Positions 57,865 through 64,000 of a stretch of 64,000 nt of DNA are shown one piece after another. Origin of the DNA: a virus (lineage: Duplodnaviria > Heunggongvirae > Uroviricota > Caudoviricetes); the IMG/VR virus record IMGVR_UViG_3300031344_000001. One strand, given 5' to 3'. A program made the translations under genes and the position numbers. Numbering within the stretch: the first letter of the stretch is position 1; each line of letters opens with the position of its first letter. The notes under the pieces were generated by a model that made no database searches, was not told the origin of the DNA, and saw only the letters and a list, made by a program, of their open reading frames with translations.

Positions 57865-58055
57865 CGCGCAGCGCGCTTGCTCTCTGTCTGTTGATCATGT
57901 GAGGCTCCCGCACAGGCGAAAGGTAATACACGGTCCCTCTGGACGAACCTCCTGGACGATCAACGGGGTCGTCTCACGTCAGTAGGCCACGGGCCGTTGA
58001 ACGCGAGTAGCCTTCTTTTTCCTTCGACCGCGCGGCTGGAAGTAAGATCGATCCC

Positions 58056-58262
58056 ATGCCGCTGACGACCTACCAAAAGTCGAGACTCCTGTGGATCGGA
58101 GGCGGCCTCCTGGGCGGCGTCATCGGGTACGCGGTCACCAAACGTCCCAAGGAGGCCCTCCTGTCAGGGGCCATGGGATCGATCCTCGTGGGCGCGGTAG
58201 GGGACAAGGTGCTCGAGCAGCATCAACGCACCGGCGTTTGGTCGCTACTGCCCGTCCGCTGA
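58056..58262 (+). CDS. Small two-TM membrane protein
   Basis: Two Gly-rich hydrophobic segments, 68 aa. Confidence 0.55.
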   Translation: MPLTTYQKSRLLWIGGGLLGGVIGYAVTKRPKEALLSGAMGSILVGAVGDKVLEQHQRTGVWSLLPVR

Positions 58263-58283
58263 CCGCTGAGCACCGCCGAGCCG

Positions 58284-59168
58284 TCAAGCAGGCAGCGATC
58301 GCACGTGCACCGCGTTCGTGCCGTAGCAGGCCACCGCCATCAGACCGTGGTTGACGTCGACGCCGTGCGGGAAGTCGTAGCCGTCGACCTGGTCCACCTG
58401 CCGGAGCGTGCGCGCATCGACCACGAGCACTCGGCCCCCGGGGCTGTCGACAGCGAACAGGCGGTCACCGTAGGCGGCGACGGAGTCGAGCTGACCGGCG
58501 TCGTACGACTGCCTGTTCAGCAGGCGATGCTTGCCACGGCCGATGTCGAGCTCGACGAGCAAGATCTCGGAGGCGTGGCGATCGCTTGACCTCTCGGCCG
58601 ACGGCGCGCCGTCGGTCGTCACGATGGCCGCGCGATCACCCGGCAAGAAGCAGACGTCCTTGGCGAGCCCTGCCGTCTCGATGTAGAGCAGTTTCCTCAT
58701 CGTCGATAGGTCGAAGAAGTGGACGCCGCGCGGGGCGCGGAGCGCCGTGGCGGCGACCACGTCAGGGCCGCAGAACCGCGCGCCGTGGCAGTAGTTGCCG
58801 GCGAGCCCCGTGGCCAGGTCGCGCTCGTGCCGCACCTCGTCACCGATTCTCCGGTAGAGGCTCATGCTGCCGCCGTCGCAGTTGCTCGTGACGATGAGCC
58901 CGCTCGCGTCCGCGTCGCAGAGGTCCGTCTCGACGGGGCTGCCGGCGTGCGTGGTCTCCGAGCACCCGAGCACCTCATGACTGCCCCGCGCGAGGTCGAA
59001 GCGGATCAAGTAGATCTTGTGAGCGAGGAGCGAGCAGCAGACGATCGTGCACGGGTCGAGGAACCGCACGGCCGTGGCCGTCGCGTAGCGCGCGCGGTCC
59101 CCGACGTAGAGCGGTCGCCACTCGGGGCGCCGGAGGTCCTCGAGCTGCACCTGTAGAGTCATCGTCAT
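58284..59168 (-). CDS. Beta-propeller-like protein
   Basis: Repeated short beta blades (CHGARF, PRGVHFFD, AKDVCF, FPHGVDV..AVACYGTNAVHV). Confidence 0.5.
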   Translation of the reverse strand: MTMTLQVQLEDLRRPEWRPLYVGDRARYATATAVRFLDPCTIVCCSLLAHKIYLIRFDLARGSHEVLGCSETTHAGSPVETDLCDADASGLIVTSNCDGGSMSLYRRIGDEVRHERDLATGLAGNYCHGARFCGPDVVAATALRAPRGVHFFDLSTMRKLLYIETAGLAKDVCFLPGDRAAIVTTDGAPSAERSSDRHASEILLVELDIGRGKHRLLNRQSYDAGQLDSVAAYGDRLFAVDSPGGRVLVVDARTLRQVDQVDGYDFPHGVDVNHGLMAVACYGTNAVHVRSLPA

Positions 59169-59191
59169 CGACGGCTGTACGATAGCCGACG

Positions 59192-59887
59192 ATGGTCATC
59201 GAAGCAGCGCCCTCGATCGCGATCGCAATGACGACGGCCCCCCGCCCGCACCCGACGCTCATCCGCGCGCTAGCGAGCCTGCGCGGCGCGGGTTTCTCCG
59301 AGGACGTGCACTTGTTCGCCGAGCCCGGCACGCTCGCCCGCCGCCTGCACCCGAGTGCCGAGCACGACCGCACGATCGTGCACGTCAACTCCTCCAGGCG
59401 CGGTTGCTTCGGTAACTGGAAGCAGGCGATCACGCAGTTACTGTTGAAGACCGAGGCCCGCTGGCTCTTGGTCGTCCAGGACGACGCGATTTGGGCCCCC
59501 GGGTCGGCCGACATCTTGCGCGCGCAGACGAGCGTCCGGCAGGCGTCGCGAACCGGCTTCCTCTCGCCCTACGTCACTGACAAGGACGCCGTCGAGTCAG
59601 CGTTCGTCGACGGCTGGAACGAGTGCCGCATCGGGTGGACCTTCTGGGGAGCGATCGCCTTCTGCGTGGAGCGCACCGCCGCCGCGGAGTTGCTGAGGCA
59701 CCCCCGGTTCGCCCAACACCAGGGGACGCAGCAGGTCGACGCGGTGGTCGCGGCGTCGATGCTCGACCTCGCGCGCCCGAGCTTCGTGCACGTGCCGAGC
59801 CTCGTGGACCACGTCGGGAACACGAGCACGGTAGGACACGACGACGTCGCGGGGAGGCTCCGCGGGTACCGCTTCGGCGAGCGCTAA
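59192..59887 (+). CDS. GT-A fold glycosyltransferase-like protein
   Basis: GCFGNW..WLLVVQDDA (xDD)..WGAIAF..PSLVDHVGNTST. Confidence 0.6.
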   Translation: MVIEAAPSIAIAMTTAPRPHPTLIRALASLRGAGFSEDVHLFAEPGTLARRLHPSAEHDRTIVHVNSSRRGCFGNWKQAITQLLLKTEARWLLVVQDDAIWAPGSADILRAQTSVRQASRTGFLSPYVTDKDAVESAFVDGWNECRIGWTFWGAIAFCVERTAAAELLRHPRFAQHQGTQQVDAVVAASMLDLARPSFVHVPSLVDHVGNTSTVGHDDVAGRLRGYRFGER

Positions 59888-60406
59888 CGCGCGCCCTCAA
59901 CGATACGTTCCCCAGCCACTCACACGCGCTTGTCGGAGGGCGGCAATTTCCTTTTCCACAGCACAAAGCCTGGAAAATTGGTAAGTGCTGATGAAGAAGA
60001 GCGTGGCTATCAAGAAGAGCGGAAGGGCTTGCATGGCCTTTCGAGTCTACCTTCTGATGCTTCTGATGAGCAAAGCCGCTGACGTGCTGATTATCGACGG
60101 CCTCCGCGGATGTCGCTTCGGCGAGCGGCGAGCGGCGAGCACTTGCCACGCGGAACTTCATTTTTGTTCGAGCCGCCGGTAGGCTTGGCCCATGGGCTTC
60201 AAGAGCAGCGGGACCTACGTCGTCAAGTCGTTCCGCGATCGTGGGTTGAACGTGGAGATGCCGTCGTTGGCCTTGGCCAAGAGTTCCGCTCGCGATCTTG
60301 CGAGCATGCCATTGCGCTGGAAAAAGGAAGAGGTCTTAGACGCCAGTGGCGATCCACTTCGCACGACGTACTACAACGATGGCGACTTCTACATCGAGTT
60401 GCGCAC

Positions 60407-60862
60407 GTGAGCGCGAGCGTGACGGCCAAGCTGTCGCGCGCCGACCTCGACAAGGCGATCCGCGAGGCCGAGACGGCACTCGCGCGTTTTGGGGTGCAAG
60501 ACCGCTTCACCGTGAAGATCAAGCCTGCACGTAAGGGCGAATGGATTGGCATGTATCGAAGTCGGACCCAATTTCACGGGCACCGGCTGCCGATCTTCTG
60601 GATCAGCGAAGCAGCCCCACGGATTGCGAAGGCCACAGGCTGGTCTCTCCACAGGGCGCTGGTCTCAACGCTCCTGCACGAGTACGGGCACGTGATTTAC
60701 GAGTGGGCGAAGCTCGAGTCCCCCGCCCTGATGCAAGACATCGAGAACATCACCGACGATGAAGAAGACTTCGCGGAGACGTTCGGCATTGCCGCTATGA
60801 ATGGAGCGTCATCGCCAGCGTACAGAAAGATCGCGGCGCGTTATTTCGAGGAGGCTTCGTGA
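60407..60862 (+). CDS. HExxH zinc-metallopeptidase-like protein
   Basis: STLLHEYGHVI...EEDFAETF; GTGA overlap with 60192..60410. Confidence 0.6.
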   Translation: MSASVTAKLSRADLDKAIREAETALARFGVQDRFTVKIKPARKGEWIGMYRSRTQFHGHRLPIFWISEAAPRIAKATGWSLHRALVSTLLHEYGHVIYEWAKLESPALMQDIENITDDEEDFAETFGIAAMNGASSPAYRKIAARYFEEAS

Positions 60863-60874
60863 ACACGCACACGA

Positions 60875-61738
60875 TCAGCGAAAGGTCACAAAGCGCCCGC
60901 TCGGGTGAACGTAGCCGACGAAGCGCCCCTTGCTGACGCTGTAGACCCCCGCGGGTGCCCCCATCTCCTTGGCCACGCGCTTGGCGTCGGTGAGGTCGTA
61001 CGGCCGCACCGCGCCGCCCACGCGGCGCATCGGGACCTTCACCGAGCGCTCGGCGTGGCGGTGCGTCGCCTCCGGGTAGACGACGTACTCGTAGTCACGA
61101 GTCGCGGGCGCGATCGTGCTGTGCGCGAGCCCCCCTCCAAGCCTAGCCCGATGCTGTTGGTACACCGCATTGATCTCGGATTGAGCGATTCCGGTCCTGC
61201 TTGCGTAGTAGGCACCCATTCCAGTCCAGGGCTTCATCATCACGCGCCAGATTTCTGCCAACTCGTCGGGTGTATGCGCCTTGCTGAAATGTCTGTGCGC
61301 CCACGCAGCAGGTGCCCCCGGTGGCAGACTGATCTTGGAAGTCGCGATTGTGCTGTGCCCGCCGGGACCTCCGTGCTCCCCGCCGCCCGCGAGCGCCTCG
61401 GTGATCTCGGCGTCGAGCTGCGCGGGCGTCTTCTTCACCGGCGTCTCGCTCACCTCGCGCGGAGGCTTGCGCGCGCCGGGACGCTCGTTGATCACGTAGC
61501 GCTGCCACAGGTTGTAGCCCTGCCGCCCACCGACGCGGATCTGGACGCTACCCTTGCGCGCGCTGCCCACCACCGAGCACGCCTTGTGGCTCCTGCGACA
61601 CGCTTGCGCGGCGTGCTTCACTTCCTCGGCGAGCGCCTTCGCGGCGGCCTCCTTCGAGTGGAACTCGTGCGGACGTCCCGTGACCTCGTCGACGAGGTAG
61701 CCGCGCTGCGTCGCGATGATGTAGTGCTTGCCGGCCAT
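60875..61738 (-). CDS. Modular protein with KKTPAQLD tag and two HSTI motifs
   Basis: ATG at 61738 (or 61747); KKTPAQLDAEITEAL, GGHSTI, LAHSTI. Confidence 0.75.
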   Translation of the reverse strand: MAGKHYIIATQRGYLVDEVTGRPHEFHSKEAAAKALAEEVKHAAQACRRSHKACSVVGSARKGSVQIRVGGRQGYNLWQRYVINERPGARKPPREVSETPVKKTPAQLDAEITEALAGGGEHGGPGGHSTIATSKISLPPGAPAAWAHRHFSKAHTPDELAEIWRVMMKPWTGMGAYYASRTGIAQSEINAVYQQHRARLGGGLAHSTIAPATRDYEYVVYPEATHRHAERSVKVPMRRVGGAVRPYDLTDAKRVAKEMGAPAGVYSVSKGRFVGYVHPSGRFVTFR

Positions 61739-61781
61739 GTGCGTCATCCTTGCAGGCTTTTGTCGTCGAAAGTCGAGCGCT

Positions 61782-62582
61782 TCAGCCCTGAGTGGCCGCG
61801 AGGTACCGCGCGACAATCTTCGACGCGCGATCCGGCGTCGTGCGACTGCGACTCGCACTCTTGATCGAACGCAGCCCATTGTCGTGAATGAGCACGTCAA
61901 CGAGGTCATACCCAAGCTTGTTCTTGGGGTCGGGCACCTTCACGTTGTAGTTGGTCCCGTCCGAACGCATCGAGATCGCGAGGATCTCGGGGAACTCCTC
62001 GCGGCGCTGGATCGTCTGCACGTGACGGCGTGCCTCCGCCGTCGGGTACAACCCCCCGTCACGGTTGATCGTGCTGTGAGCCTTGCGCCCGCGCTTCTTC
62101 AGCGCCGCGTCCTCCGCCGCCAGCTCCTGCGCGATCTGCTTCGCGATCCCGATCTGTTCCCGGTACTGCTTCTCGGTCAATCCAAGCTCAGCCGCCGTCT
62201 TGTTGCCGAGGTTGTGCTCGTGCCGATAGCGCAGACAGTTCGTGCACAGCGAGCCGGACAACGGACAGTGCTTGCCTGGCGCGTAGAGGATGGCGTCGAC
62301 CTCGCGACCGATCTTCGCGTGCTGACGCTTGGGCTTCTTCGCGCCACGCGACAGCCCCAGCTTCTCCACAGCCTTGTAGATCTGCTGCGCGTCCTCGGCG
62401 TGAAGTGCCGCGGAGTTCGCGTGCATCGACCTATTCGTCATGATGTCGCTGCGCTCCGCGTCACGGTGCACGTCGGCGGCATCCATGTGGTCGTCGGCCG
62501 TCCAGTCCCCGAAGTTCGGGTGCAGCTGGTAGGCCGCGTACACAGGCTTGCCGCTGCTCGTGTGTCCGATCGTCTTGGGCAT
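61782..62582 (-). CDS. Modular protein with HAKI/HSTI motifs
   Basis: ATG at 62582 just after the upstream TAG; RQHAKIGREVDAIL, KAHSTI. Confidence 0.75.
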   Translation of the reverse strand: MPKTIGHTSSGKPVYAAYQLHPNFGDWTADDHMDAADVHRDAERSDIMTNRSMHANSAALHAEDAQQIYKAVEKLGLSRGAKKPKRQHAKIGREVDAILYAPGKHCPLSGSLCTNCLRYRHEHNLGNKTAAELGLTEKQYREQIGIAKQIAQELAAEDAALKKRGRKAHSTINRDGGLYPTAEARRHVQTIQRREEFPEILAISMRSDGTNYNVKVPDPKNKLGYDLVDVLIHDNGLRSIKSASRSRTTPDRASKIVARYLAATQG

Positions 62583-62584
62583 CG

Positions 62585-63151
62585 CTAGATCCTCTCGTCG
62601 TAGAAGCCCTGGAGCTTCTCCGCGAGCGCGGCGGCGGCCAACGGGAACGGCGAATGCCCGCCCTCCGCGTCGCTGTCCACGTCGTCGGTCCACTGCCACA
62701 TCTCGGACTCACTGAACGCGACGCTCCCGTCCTCCGAGGCGTGCGCGGCGAGCATGTCCGGCCAGGCGTAGCGCCCACGCGCGAACTCGACCGCGCGCAG
62801 CTCGCTCGGCGTGAGCTGGAGCCGGTAGGCGACCCGAGACGGCGGCTGCTTCTTCCGTGCATGGCTCGAGGTGCAGGCCCCGCACGGCGACTTCTTCACC
62901 AGCGCGCCCGCGATCTCGCGGTCCAGCTGCGCGGGCGTCTTCTTGGCAGTCGCCGCCTTCGCGTGTTCCGCAGCCGCCGCCTTCGCCTTCCGCTCCGTGG
63001 GGAACGTACCGACGTGCTCGTGCTTGCCCGGGGGACGGAACGAGACCGTGTGCTGGTCCTTGCGGTGCGAGATCACGTAGTCGTGCTCGGTACCCCCGTG
63101 CGAGATCGGAGCCTGGATGCCGGGCATCCCCGGCTCCTTTTTCCACTTCAC
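62585..63151 (-). CDS. Modular protein with KKTPAQLD tag and HARK motif
   Basis: GTGA overlap at 63151-63148; KKTPAQLDREIAGAL, SSHARKK. Confidence 0.75.
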   Translation of the reverse strand: MKWKKEPGMPGIQAPISHGGTEHDYVISHRKDQHTVSFRPPGKHEHVGTFPTERKAKAAAAEHAKAATAKKTPAQLDREIAGALVKKSPCGACTSSHARKKQPPSRVAYRLQLTPSELRAVEFARGRYAWPDMLAAHASEDGSVAFSESEMWQWTDDVDSDAEGGHSPFPLAAAALAEKLQGFYDERI

Positions 63152-63999
63152 TCGAAGATCTCCGCGTAGCGCGTGATGCCGGGCGACGCCTCCAGCCAGT
63201 CGAGCAGGCGCCCCACCGCGCCGCGGTAGCCGGTCCACTCGACCACGGCGTAGCGCGCGTCCTTCGGCCGCCGGTATGACCGCCCGCGCGCCAGCTCCGC
63301 CTCGGCGAGCGGGACGCGGTCGTCGCGCCACGTGGCGTCGGCCGGGAGGTCGCGCCCGCGATCGAATTCGCGCGGGTCGATCTCGACGGCGAACAAAGCG
63401 CTCGCAGCCTTCGTGGCATGTGCCGTCCTACGCCCCGGACGCGATCCGCGGAGAGCCTCGGTGATCTCGCGATCGAGTTGGGCTGCCCGCGCCCTCAGCT
63501 TCGGATCGCGCTTGATCCGCTCGACGGCCTTGATCGCGGCGGCGATGTCCTCCACCACCTCGTCATCCACGGACTTCCTCTTCCTCGCGTGATGCACCGA
63601 ACTGCCAGACGGCCCGAACCACCGCCCGTCGCTGGTGACCGCGTGCCCCGCCCGATGAGCGCGCTCCAGCGCGTAGCCCACGCCCAGCACATCGGCACCT
63701 CCGATGGCGCGAGACATGCCGTGAGCGTCGATCTCTGTGCCCGGGCGCATGTTGCTGAGATGGGCCCTCACGCGCGCGTCGAGGTCCATCGTCGCGTGCG
63801 CGCGGGGCGGCACCTTGTAGCCCTTCGCCCGCGCCTGCGAGAGCCCGATCGCGATCGCCTGCTCGCGCGAGGTGACCTTGGCGCCGCTGCCGCTCTTCAG
63901 CTTGCCGCGCTTGAACTCGTGCATCGTCCGCCCGACCTTCTCGGACGCCTTCTCACTGTACTTCGTCGCATGCGTGGGCGCGTCGGCGTCGGCCCTCTT
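63148..63999 (-). CDS. Modular protein containing a DUF6496-like domain (5' end beyond window)
   Basis: Frame is open to the window edge: ..PTHATKYSEKASEKVGRTMHEFKRGKLKSGSGAKVTSREQAIAIGLSQARAKGYKVP; also HATM, HARK, QLDREITEAL, HATK. Confidence 0.8.
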   Translation of the reverse strand, partial: KRADADAPTHATKYSEKASEKVGRTMHEFKRGKLKSGSGAKVTSREQAIAIGLSQARAKGYKVPPRAHATMDLDARVRAHLSNMRPGTEIDAHGMSRAIGGADVLGVGYALERAHRAGHAVTSDGRWFGPSGSSVHHARKRKSVDDEVVEDIAAAIKAVERIKRDPKLRARAAQLDREITEALRGSRPGRRTAHATKAASALFAVEIDPREFDRGRDLPADATWRDDRVPLAEAELARGRSYRRPKDARYAVVEWTGYRGAVGRLLDWLEASPGITRYAEIFE

Positions 64000-64000
64000 C

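Noticed and set aside
57905-57945. c-di-GMP-I riboswitch resemblance (CGCACAGG..GAAAG)
   Set aside because: Lacks the GCAAAC and GCAAAG core elements; similarity too short
59985-60100. Hammerhead ribozyme suggested by CTGATGA cores
   Set aside because: No correctly placed stem II and GAAA after either CTGATGA
1-64000. CRISPR array, tRNA, rRNA, phage structural or replication hallmark genes
   Set aside because: None recognised by eye. The tandem repeats seen are coding (EPA, PAKK, APK at ~7450-7480, collagen). Phage identity therefore remains an inference

Overview
This is a very GC-rich window (about 70% by eye) packed with short, translationally coupled genes (ATGA/GTGA/TGATG overlaps), most of them hypothetical and many Cys-rich. 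There are two long divergent blocks: minus strand from 1 to 36017 and plus strand from 36087 to 56348. A mixed module follows at 56353-60862, then a minus-strand block from 60875 to the window edge. It reads as the accessory/early region of a large bacteriophage or prophage; no capsid, terminase, polymerase, tRNA or CRISPR array was seen. Several captured genes point to a myxobacterial (Myxococcota) host: a GltG-like FHA domain, a Cys-repeat choice-of-anchor-Q protein and an eCIS-type AAA ATPase. Other recognisable genes are GroES, an oligoribonuclease, Nudix, MazG-like and NDT-like enzymes, BtpA, YkgJ, an FGE-sulfatase lipoprotein, a collagen/BclA-like protein and an SLT-like muramidase. An intact IS1595-family element (15523-17087; 23-bp IRs, 8-bp TSD, two passenger genes) splits one phage gene. 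The best candidate for an undescribed system is at 60875-64000, where four adjacent, otherwise unrelated proteins are built from short modules delimited by a recurring H-[AS]-[TR]-[KIM] motif and share a KKTPAQLDxEIxxAL tag, suggesting protease-processed, capsid-targeted polyproteins. Also notable are three RHH-like regulators, each behind a TTGAC promoter with an overlapping palindrome (two leaderless), and a set of micro-ORFs that bridge translational coupling. All family assignments are from motif recognition by eye; no database search was run.
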